Positions 54,501 through 64,000 of a DNA stretch of 64,000 bases are shown here, one piece after another (within the stretch, counting starts at the first letter, position 1; every line of letters begins with the position of its first letter). The DNA lies in assembly GCF_032062105.1 (NCBI RefSeq), contig NW_026930161.1:620001-684000 (forward strand). Direction: 5' to 3'. The notes under the pieces were generated by a model. It worked only from the letters and a program-made list of their open reading frames with translations, had not been told where the DNA came from and did not search any database. Source of the DNA: Saccostrea cucullata (lineage: Eukaryota). The position numbers and the translations under genes were made by a program.

Positions 54501-57500
54501 AATCATTTATCTTTCAGGTGCAACTAAATCATTTTTATTAAAATTGTGCATTTTTGAAGAGAGTATTAAACCTAAATGATCTTTTGGGATAAATTTCTAA
54601 TCACAACTTCTAAAATTGTTTTTATATACAAGTATTGCTCAAACAAAAAATAGCTATCCAGCAAGGCTAATACATTTGTGTCCCCATCTATCCAGAGCTG
54701 GATCAAAGAAATTTTTGCCTCAGTCATGTTTTAATGTGAATTTCTAAGAGAATAAAATTATTATTATGCAACCTTAATAATTAAATGAATCAAAAGAATT
54801 GTTCAAAAAAACTTACAAACTGAGACCCTAAATAAGGCATCAGGGCTGACATAACTTTATATTGGCCCTTAATATACCAAGGTACACTCTTAAGCTTTAG
54901 GAGGATAGAAGAGTAGAATTGATGTGCTTCATCACCATCTTCTGTCTTCTTTTCTTGATGAGCCACTTGCCACACCTCAAACAAACATTTCAGAGAGTCT
55001 GCTGCTAGTTCAGAAACATCTTCAACTGGGCTATCCCAATTAAGCCACACAACATCTATAGTCTTCTTATTTAAACAGGAGTCAATGAAATTTTCACTTT
55101 CAATCAATTCAGAGGACACTAAATGTAGAAATTTATTGAACCATGTCTGTAGAAGATTAAAGGCATGATATCGTAAAGATATCGGCCCCATGCAGAATTC
55201 ATGCACCACAGAAAATAATTCCACACAAAATGGCACTGAGTCCTTTGAATGGAACGCTAAACAGCTGTCACTTGCACATGCTAGCATTCCTTTAACCATT
55301 GCAATAGCACCAAGTCTTAGCTGTAGCAATGAATGCTCCTCAATCTCTCCTTCTGTCATCAGATCTTCATAGGAAGAAACATGGGATCTGCTACCTGAGA
55401 AATAATTCAATACATGTATTAATCATGGGATCTGCTACCTGAAAATTTATCTAAAAATAATTTTTGCTCTACTTACTGTGTTGCATATATTAATACTGTA
55501 CAGTGGGATAGAAATAACTAACATTATGATAATAATTATTTATTTAATTTTTTTATCTCAACCAGACATTTATTTTGTAAAAGATAGATACATGTATACA
55601 TATATGTACATGTATATCTCTGCAAAATGATCATCAGCATTTCTAATTTATACTTTACTATACTGGGATATTTTTGCCCAGTGTTTTTGTCCAAGTAAAA
55701 AAGGTCAAAATAAATGATGGTGAAAAAAAAATTCTATACAGAGTAACTCACATGTGCATGTAGCTACATTCACTCTCTGTCAGATGATTCAAACATGTCT
55801 ATATGAATTTTTTTTAGGGAGGATAAAATACCTGTAGTACAAATATAAAATTGAGAAAAGCTTTTAGAAAATACTAACCTTGAAATATGTTACTGAATAC
55901 AGTCCAAAATGTGCCAACGGACAAGTTATTTGTTGGTGCAGATGCTAAAAATATCCCAATGGCTGTTCCAGACAGCATTTTGACATCAGCTGACAGAGCC
56001 TGTAGGAAAAATTAAATTACAGTTAAACGCTGGTATCTCAAATGCCACCATGTAAATACAAGAAATCTGTTAAAATGATTTGTTGGTCACAACTACATTA
56101 TTATTATTTTGAGTTTCAACCATGAATATCTGGATATTCATTATGTTTTTTAACTGTCTAAACATGTTTGTGACAATGAAATTTGAGTGTATATATGGTA
56201 AATTGACAAAAACATGCAATACTGCTCATTTAATAACAAGACTTATGTCTTTAAATATACTTAGTAGTATGCTTAAAAGTTGAAACGTTCTATCTTTACA
56301 AAAAGAAGTGGATATGATTTCCAGTAGAGGCTAGTAAATAGATCTTTAACATCCTGGAAAAAAGATCAAAAATCGAAAATAAGTACCTCTGTGTCCAGTA
56401 ATTGAAATAAATGAAGTAGAATTTGTTTGAGAATTTGCCACATTTCATCCTGATATTCAGTTTTCCATGCTACAATACATGTAGTTGCTGGACAAGATTG
56501 AAACAGTTGAAGTATGATCTGAAATAAAGAAAAATGAAGGCAGTGTTTTAGAATTAAGATTTAACAAAAGTAATGTTAGCATATCTACATGCACTAAAAA
56601 TATGTCAAAACAAGTGCATTTGCCTGATTTTTTAATGAAACAATCCATTGCATAAAGTCAGTGTATTAAGTGTAATATTACAAAGTGATGTCTCAGACTT
56701 ACTTTGACTAAAGCAGAGACAATGAGGAGGTTCTCCTTGCTAGTACCACTGGTTGTGATTGAATCTCTAGCCTCGCTCATCTCCCGGAGAACCCACGACA
56801 GAACACCATTCATATTCTGCTCCGCTGTGGCTCTTATGATGTCACTTTGATCTAGAAGACATGATGCTACAAAAAAGTGAAGAGGGGTATTAATTTCCTT
56901 TTTCCTACTTTCATTTAATACCTACTGGGGTATTTATCATGCTTCAATTTCTTACCTGCAGTGAGTTTCTCTACTCTTGGGCGATGCTCTCTAATTACTC
57001 CCAAGAAAAATTGATTCAGTTCTTCCTCAATTCTTTTAGAATTGTCTGGTTTTAATGGCAGTAAAAACTAAAATAAGCAAGAGTAATTTATGCTTAAACA
57101 TCTCAGATAACAAATCACTTGATATATCGTATAGCGGGTTATTTTAGTGGGTTGCTAATTTTGGCTTATTTTGGCGTTTTAATGATAGTCCACTAAATAT
57201 TTAATCACTAAAATAGTTAGTAATCTTGTTACTGTCCATCTGCAAAGAGCTGAAACCCTGCATCCGCTAAAATAAATTACGCCAAAATTATTGGCATACC
57301 TTTGAGCAGGCAATACGCCAAATTTTACACCCGCCAAGAAAACCCGCTATACGGTAAGTACTTCAAAACAATTTGTGTTCATCAGGTGATAAATTCATTC
57401 TTATTTGTACCGTAATTCTTCTAGGAGTTAACAGTGAAAAATGCAATGGTCTTTACATACATGTACAGTGCACATGCACACTAATAGATTTCTGATGATG

Positions 57501-58076
57501 TAACTAATAACTATAGCATGAATATAAAGTATGTACCTTTTCCAATGATCTAGCCAATTTAATGTTCTCAATACAGTGGCAGTATAATCTGATGATAACA
57601 GCCACAAAATTCTTCACACAAGAATCATCTGTGTTGGCTCTCAATAAAATATTTCCTTTGTGCACAGCATCCAGGTTGCGTAAAAGTTTATGAACATCAT
57701 TTGTTCTGTAAAATATGTCATCAATAATATTGTTTTTTAAAGTATCTACAAATCAAATTCTTCTCCTTCTTTTTTATTAAATTTGCATATCATCTTCTGA
57801 TTGTCACATATGATTATTTACACAAGCCCACGGGAAACGACTCTCCATTGGTCTTTTCTGGCACAATGTACAATTAAATCTGTTGGATTTAGGTCATTTA
57901 ACATACATTTTATCTCTGAGATTTTCAAATTATCTTTTAAAAAATCTAAGGTACCTGTAGTAAAGCAAATTAACAAAGAGAAGATTGATTTTCTCTTGCT
58001 GGTCTTTTGGGAAAAGTTGTAACCAATCTGTTTCTTCAATTAAAGATCTTAAATCTTCTTCCTCCTGGCCAGCCAT
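37390..58076 (-). CDS. THADA: THADA / Trm732-family armadillo-repeat protein (DUF2428), ~1800 aa
   Basis: Phase-consistent GT-AG exons: 57955-58076, 57537-57705, 56956-57067, 56703-56866, 56387-56518, 55879-55999, 54817-55394, 54241-54350, 53981-54067, 53425-53614, 52979-53072, 52573-52743, 52020-52184, 49791-49900, 49130-49323, 48618-48799, 46415-46710, 46161-46292, 45890-45994, 45520-45630, 45126-45369, 44616-44853, 44178-44396, 43770-43968, 43110-43516 (start may be 43504), 42243-42413, 39951-40050, 39425-39543, 38784-38865, 38582-38699, 37857-38011, 37390-37449. Family motifs WLNWDSPVEDV, PGSCYQRR, CWVNIKE, CRHRGVIE, TRKSAGLP, VHALNILK, WAIRNAA, LHPSLFPVL. First and last exons are less certain. 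Confidence 0.88.
37539..37622. repeat. 28-bp minisatellite, 3 copies
   Basis: TTTTATGAAACTTTGGATCCCACTAAAA x3 (third copy with 2 changes) in the last THADA intron. Confidence 0.85.
40349..40753 (-). mobile_element. HINE-like element in a THADA intron
   Basis: TTTTATACCCCCCTCTTGAAAAGTGGGAGGGTATA hairpin, (CCGT)n tract, GGGGGGTAT sub-terminal repeat, ..CCTCTAGTT end. Confidence 0.7.
41900..42237 (+). mobile_element. Partial HINE-like element
   Basis: Two AAAGGTCA..CCAAGATGCAT..AAGTTTGAT units, GACGGACGG, hairpin ATACGTCCCGTCTTAAGACGGGCGTAT. Confidence 0.7.
42551..42721. mobile_element. Tc1/mariner-type MITE
   Basis: CTGTATA...TATACAG flanked by TA; internal GGCGAA/AATTTAAAAC repeats. Confidence 0.6.
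46830..47365. mobile_element. TIR element of unassigned family
   Basis: ATGAATACGTTATATCGCGACTAC vs GTAATCGCGATATCAAGTATTAATTCAT imperfect inverted ends; CpG-richer interior than the flanking intron. Confidence 0.5.
47616..48580 (+). mobile_element. HINE element carrying ~4-5 units of ~166-bp Cg170-like oyster satellite
   Basis: 5' ACAAGAGGCCCATGGGCCACATCGCTCACCTGAG; GAAGAAGATTT recurs at ~47807, ~47972, ~48138 (period ~166); (GACG/GACA)n microsatellite ~48490-48530; 3' hairpin AGCTCACTTGAGCCTTCAGCTCAGGTGAGCT followed by an A-run. Confidence 0.85.
49553..49727. mobile_element. Tc1/mariner (Tigger-like) MITE
   Basis: CAGTAAAACTTG...CAAGTTTTGCTG flanked by TA; same family as 3235-3413 (shared GAAGTCACTGGGACC). 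Confidence 0.75.
50140..51311 (+). mobile_element. Solo LTR (Gypsy-type) in a THADA intron
   Basis: Starts TGTAACG, ends CATTACA; 4-bp TSD TTAT at 50136-50139 and 51312-51315; AATAAA near 51243, ~65 bp from the 3' end. Confidence 0.7.
57127..57354. mobile_element. Tc1/mariner-type MITE
   Basis: TCGTATAGCGGGTT...AACCCGCTATACGG flanked by TA; absent from the paralogous duplicated intron segment at ~58290. Confidence 0.8.
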
Positions 58077-58859
58077 ATTTAAATGAGTTCCAATAAGAGA
58101 GGATCCTTAGAAACCAAAAAAGAAACACTATTTATCTGAATATACACAAGAAAGCACAGTTAATCTAGTCTAAACTCTCTTGAAAGATTTTTTTAACATC
58201 GTACAAAGTTGTACGGATTTGACAAGTTATAATGGCAGTAAAAACTAAAATAAGCAAAAGTAATGTTAATTTTTATCTCTGATAACAAATCACTTATAAA
58301 AGTACTTCAAAACAATATTTGTTAATCTGAAAACAGATACTAAAACAATTCTAAGTAATTCTACATAGGACCAATGCTGAAAAAATGCAATTGTATTCAA
58401 ATGCATGTTCACTGTATATGCAAATGAAGATTAGAGTTCTGACTACATGCATATTTTACGTGAATATAAAGTATGTACCTGATGAGTTCCAATGGATTAA
58501 AAGAGGCAGAAAGAATCCTTTTAGTTTTAAACAAAAAAGAAAATGCAAAATATTTTAGTAATTTTTTCTCTATTTTTTTTAAATTGGCACTTAAATATGC
58601 AACTGTAGTTTACACATTAAAAGTATCCCGTGTTATCTGAATTTTTTCCACTAGGCCTATTTTGATATTTGTCGTGGCAGACATGCTTTGAAAACGTCAT
58701 ATCAAAAGCTCGCACTGAAAAAATGTAATCTCCGAGGTAATTCGGAATATCAGTCATGATTGAGCACTTGAAGTGTCGACGAAGTTTAAAGTTCTGCTTC
58801 CAACTTAATTTATCAGGACTATCTTTTTCTTTTATTTTACTTGACCCATTTCATTAAAC

Positions 58860-58950
58860 ACTTGACGTCAACCTTACCAACTGCTTACGTTCTTGGACTT
58901 TCTTATTTCGCGCACATTGTTTGTGTTGTGGTTTTAAGCGGAAATCTCGA
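58860..58950. promoter_or_regulatory. Candidate shared promoter region of head-to-head THADA and FERM gene
   Basis: CpG-enriched patch with a perfect CRE palindrome TGACGTCA (58863-58870), an ETS-like GCGGAAAT near 58938, and minus-strand GTAAG donor sites near 58873-58888 suggesting a THADA 5'UTR exon. Confidence 0.35.
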
Positions 58951-60974
58951 AGCCAAAAATAATTTATAAATTTAAACAAAATAACTATTTACAAATAATT
59001 TTATTCCAAATATTACGCATCAGTTATCATTGTTTGACTGAATTTCGGTGAAATATTTTTATCTATTACAGTGTGTTATAAATTATTATTCCTAAGATTA
59101 GGTTCGAGATTATAAGAAATGAAAGCGAGGCTCGCTAGAGTTAAGAAAAGAGAATGGAATGTAAGGAATTTTGTTTCTTAGTTGAATCAATATCACTCAA
59201 TTAATGCATAAAAAGCGAAAGTACTCCCGATTCACTACTGTCATACTTTAATTTAAAAGGTAAGTGATGGCATGTCAATGAAATCTGATGAAACTGAGCT
59301 CGTTAAACTTGTTTTGAGGGACAACTTTTTCCACCGGTGCTCCCATTGGGACGCACAGCACGTATACACTCGTTCACACGTGTGTATTGATTGTCCCTGT
59401 CAGGTCAAAAAAAAATGTTCTGATCACATTGGGGCAATATGTTTATTATAATTATTTTATGAGGGTCTTTATAAATCTAAGAACAGTCAAAGAAATCAAA
59501 TTATTATCCTTTTTGAACATTTTGGGGGGAAATGAGAGCATTTTGCACCACTACATGTGTGTTGTTATGACACATAATGTTACCAAGTATGTTAATAATG
59601 TAACAGGGAAAGATTGTCAGACATGCATTCTAACAAGAATTTGTCATAAGAAAAACTTGGAAGCTAAGAAGTGTCCATTACCTCAGTATCTTACCCTGGG
59701 GAAAAAAATATTTAGACTTATTAAAGACTGAATTTTAAAATTTGGTGTAACATGTAAAATGGAGGTATATAGATACATTTTATAAAATAAGGTGCATAAT
59801 TTCAAAGGATTTACAAAAGATAAAATGTAGAGTTACATGAAGCAAAATATATTAATATAGGCCTAAATATTTAATAACTATAGGGAAAATAATCCATTGT
59901 AAGATTGTTCGTTGGAAATTATCTACTGTAAGAGGCTTTCAACCAATGTTTGACACATTTTTAAAAGACATTTAAAATGATCTTATCTAAGTACATGAAT
60001 GAAATATTTCTGTAATTATACTTAATAGACATTGTGTTTGTTGATAAATGCAGATCATTGATTTTTTTTCACTCAATCTGAATCTGTATGATTTTATTAC
60101 ATGGTAAACATATCATTCTGATTTATAATAAGTGTACTTTTTAAATCCATTTTAGTAGAATGAATTGATTGGTGATGGAAATTATTCTGCCAGATAAAAG
60201 AAAATTAAGAGGCAGAGTGGAGAGAGAGAGCGGGAGATAAACTTTTTCTTTTGAATGTGATGAAGACAAATTTATTTCAGTTCCACTTCCAGAAAATAAT
60301 TATAAAACTTAAAATTGAAATAAATCAGGCCAAGTAAATTAAATTAACGGTTCTCAGGCCAATTTTATTGAAAACAGTTGAGGACAAGAAGCCCTCTCTG
60401 CCATGATTTTTATTAATTTCAGAATTTTTTTTTAAATAAAGAAAATTTATAATTATACTGGAGTCATTCTGTATTTATATTTAACATCCAACAACATTGT
60501 ATACTGATATATTTCATTTTCCATGGTGCTAGGTGTCCATTTCAATATCCCATCATAAGGTACCAAGGGGTGATCTTGTTTTTTACAAAATGCTTTTACG
60601 AAATGGAAACCTGAAAACAAAAGTGTAAATCTATGAAAAAATGAGGAAGGAATTATATTTCCTGCATTGATTCCACATTATCAACTTATTATTAATTTAT
60701 TGAAAGTACAGATAATAAAAAAAGTTGCAATGCACTAGCAACCTCAAACCAGATGGACACAGACTCTGAGAACCATAAATTCAATTTTATTTAGTCTTAC
60801 TAAAACTTTAAATAAATGGACTTCAAAAATAGAAAATATATTCATTTCTAACATTAAGCTTAGAACCCATGAAATTTTGACAGCAATGTTTACATAATAT
60901 TTTTTTTTACAGGTGTATTATGGCTATACACCATAGGAGGTACAGAAGGCGATAAGATTCCTGACTAGTGAATT

Positions 60975-63834
60975 ATGTCCTCACTGTCCCTGCATAATGC
61001 TGCTAATAAAAAGAAGAAAATCGTCAACGTCATCTTATTAAATGGAGAGGCCTATCAAGTCACAGTGGATGTGAGTAGTGCAACTAGAAATCGAGTTATG
61101 GACCATATATGCCCTATTGAGTGCCCCCTGCCCATAGTAGTTTTTTTTTAACAGAAAGCCCTAATAAGTGCCCCCATTCATTTGCACTCAATAGGGAAAA
61201 TATGATATTTGAACTAAAAAAAATGTTTATATCAATAAGAAAATGAATTTAAATATACAGGATGAAACCAGCTCATATTTTGTGTTGTTTTGTCTTTATA
61301 GGTCAAGTCCAAATTTTTTGATGTCTTCAACCAAATTACCTCTTACCTAAATCTTAGAGAAACAGAATACTTTGGACTGGCTCAAAAGAAAGGTTAGAAT
61401 ATTATGTGTCGAATATTTCTTTTTTTATTTCATAATATTTTAACACTGGTTAACTTACTGATTGTTGTAAACATTGAATAATAAATACATTGAATATAAT
61501 TTATTACATTGTGATTGCTGTTTAAAATTATATTGATTATTCTAGATGAGGAATATTTTTTTGTTGCACTGGATGAGAAAATCCATAGACAAGCTCCTAA
61601 GTCATGGAAATCAGGAAATGGAGAGGTACTGTTCAACTTTAAATATAAATTATGCAGTCTCATTTGATACATTATCAATATAAAAAATATTTGTATATTT
61701 AAAAAAATTAACTGAATTTTTTTTTTTTAATTGAATAGGGATTGGATGAACGTGGTCAGCCGATATTAACAGTTTATTTCCGTGTTCATTTCTATGTTGA
61801 TCAGTTTGTATTACTTAGGTAAGATCTGTTATGACTCGAAACTAGAATCTGACAAAAGTTGAAATTCACAAATGTTTTAATTATATTTCTGTATATTTAT
61901 AATATTATTGTCTTTCACTATTTAAAAAAAAAAAGACAAAGAAAAAGTACAATTTAGAGATGAGAAGAGTCACTATACCATAATTTTTTTGTCTTCCAGG
62001 GAAAAGGTCACTAGACATCTGTATTATCTCCAGTTAAAGGAAAATCTGCTGAGTTACAATCATGTTTGTTCGGAAGGAAAGTGCTTTCAAATGGTGTCTT
62101 ATGCACTACAGGCAGATTTTGGCAATTATAATTCAGACAAGCATGGAGAGGGTTACTTTGATCCAAGGGAATACTTTCCTGCCTGGGTATTTAATTTTGA
62201 TAGAGTTTCCATATTTTAGATACGAAATATTTTATTGATTTTGGCAATAAGTTTATTAAAATATTAATCCAGTTTAACTAGTAGTAAGAGAAATAAATTC
62301 TGCAACAGGTTAAATTTTTTTTACTTTGAAAATCACATTTTGGTTTACTTGGTGTAGATAATCCTACTTTTTGAGAAAGTAGATAAAGCAAACAAATAAA
62401 TTGGAAGTTTTTTTTAATTTATTGACATAAGCTTAGATGGTTTAGAAAATATTTTCAGATGGTAAAGAGAAGGGGCGAAAACTACATTGTGAATAATACA
62501 CCAGTCATCCATCAAGATTTACAGAATGTGACAAAGTCGGAGGCAGAGTTGCGATTTATTCGGGAAGCCTCCATGTCACCTGCTGCACACAATCTTCATT
62601 TTTATCGTCTTCGGAAACGGAAAACTGACAAAACTAGCAATGCATGGTTAGGTGTTTGTGCCAAAGGAATTGAATTATATGAGGTAAATTTCCAGCGTTA
62701 CTTATGTGAAATCATAAACTTGCAAATAAAAGAAGTTTTTCTCGAAAAACTATTTATTGTAAAACTTAAATCTTAAACATTACAGGAAATTGAAACTATT
62801 TACTGTAAAACTTTAATCTTCTACATTACAGGAAATTGATGATTCATTCAAAAATCTCATTTCAACATTTTTATGGCCTGATATTGGAAAACTTCACTTT
62901 GAGGTAGGTAAAAGAAAATGAAAATTAACTTCTTTCCTTTTCCACTTAAAAAAAAAAATCACAGGATTTTGATAGATAAACAATTATTTACTCGCCTGGT
63001 ATTTTTATGAAAAAGAATTCTATGAATGAAGTGCTTTGATCATTTGATTGATATTCTGTTTCATCAGTATGTCAAAGGTTTTTTATGGTCAAACAACAGG
63101 TGGAGCCATCGGCCATACTTTTAATGAAATGATTACATATCTGTAAGGGCTGGGCAAAAATATTGATATTTCCGTATATTGCAATACAGTGAAAAAAAAG
63201 TATCGTATTGCAATACGTTTTTTTTTAATATAGATATACCGGCAAAATGCTTTAACTCAGGAATTCTTTAATTAAATATTAAGAAAAGTTGTCAGAAAGG
63301 TTTGGGAGTAAGCAAAATATTAAGACATAAGCTGTTGTATGTGGTATTTCAGTATATATAATTATAACTGTTATTAAATCAACTTGATTTTTATCCCCCT
63401 TGGTTACTTATCAAAGTTTTGTACATTCTACATGTAAATTAAAGTTAATATATCTACATGTAAATTAAAGTTAATATAATGAGAGAATGCCATATTTATC
63501 ATGTTGAAAATATTGCAATACATATGGCAATACAGTTAAAAATTTTGCAATATATTGCAATAAAAAATCTCTGGCCAATACCCAGCCCTAATATCTGTGC
63601 TTGTTTAAGGATTCGTGTGTATCTTTTAAGTTAGTGCTTTTCAATGAAATGTTTTCCCTTCTATGTAGAAAAAGAAGTTTGAGATTCAGTCCGGGCCAGG
63701 AGGGAGGAAATTTGCTTACTACACAGACTCGGATAGCAAGTCCAAGTACCTGCTATCTCTCTGTCGGACAACTCACATGTTCCAGATGGCCATCCAACCC
63801 AAGCTGATGGAGATCAGACACTTAGATGCAGAGG
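60975..63834 (+). CDS. FRMD6: FERM-domain protein, FRMD6/FRMD1/Expanded family (Hippo-pathway upstream regulator), 5' partial
   Basis: Exons 60975-61070, 61302-61392, 61546-61625, 61739-61818, 62000-62186, 62459-62683, 62832-62903, 63669-63834; continues beyond the window. In-frame TGA just upstream of the ATG. FERM motifs LRETEYFGLA, VYFRVHFYV, YYLQLK, ALQADFG, YFDPREYFPAW, LGVCAKGI, FLWPDIGKLHFEKKKFEI, RKFAYYT..SKYLLSLC. Subfamily assigned from recalled similarity. Confidence 0.8.
63145..63590. mobile_element. hAT-type MITE in FERM-gene intron
   Basis: Ends AAGGGCTGGG...CCCAGCCCTA; exact 8-bp TSD ATATCTGT at 63137-63144 and 63591-63598; subterminal TATTGCAATA repeats. Confidence 0.85.
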
Positions 63835-64000
63835 GTAGGAGTGTCATTTTTGTGATCTTAAGAGAATTGAATGTAGTGTTCCATATCTCCTGTTAGGTAG
63901 ATCCAATGATATTTATGAGCATATCACATATTTGGAATGATTTTTGGAGAATTGATTTAAAAAAAAATGTTTGTGAGCTTTTCAGAATTTTAACAGAAAG

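Noticed and set aside
58600-58860. Open frame on the minus strand as a possible THADA first coding exon
   Set aside because: Nearby ATGs are followed by stops or give no suitable donor or similarity; the ATG at 58076 gives a phase-consistent model.

Overview
AT-rich eukaryotic (animal) genomic DNA, most likely an oyster or related bivalve, judged from ~166-bp Cg170-like satellite units inside Helentron-associated (HINE/pearl/CvA-type) elements. No prokaryotic features are present. I assembled five spliced protein-coding genes by hand from GT-AG boundaries and reading-frame phase. They are: a novel (Ca2+-independent) protein kinase C of the epsilon/eta type (minus, 14-15 coding exons), DERA (minus, only 2 coding exons), ISCA2 (plus, 4 exons), THADA/Trm732 (minus, ~32 exons) and the 5' part of an FRMD6/Expanded-like FERM gene (plus, runs off the window). 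Introns and intergenic DNA are full of non-autonomous transposons. The most notable items are: (1) a complete 328-bp LTR mini-retrotransposon whose LTRs are built from a tRNA-like Pol III gene, with PBS, PPT and a 4-bp TSD, next to a degenerate inverted sister copy and a 427-bp foldback element, all inside ISCA2 intron 2; (2) a 2.8-kb nested TIR transposon with an exact 8-bp TSD that splits the DERA/ISCA2 bidirectional promoter 35 bp upstream of the ISCA2 ATG; (3) a frame-preserving candidate cassette exon in the PKC hinge; (4) duplicated decoy splice acceptors in two genes; (5) gene content that matches the vertebrate 2p21/14q22-24 paralogon. All coordinates were read by eye and no database searches were run.
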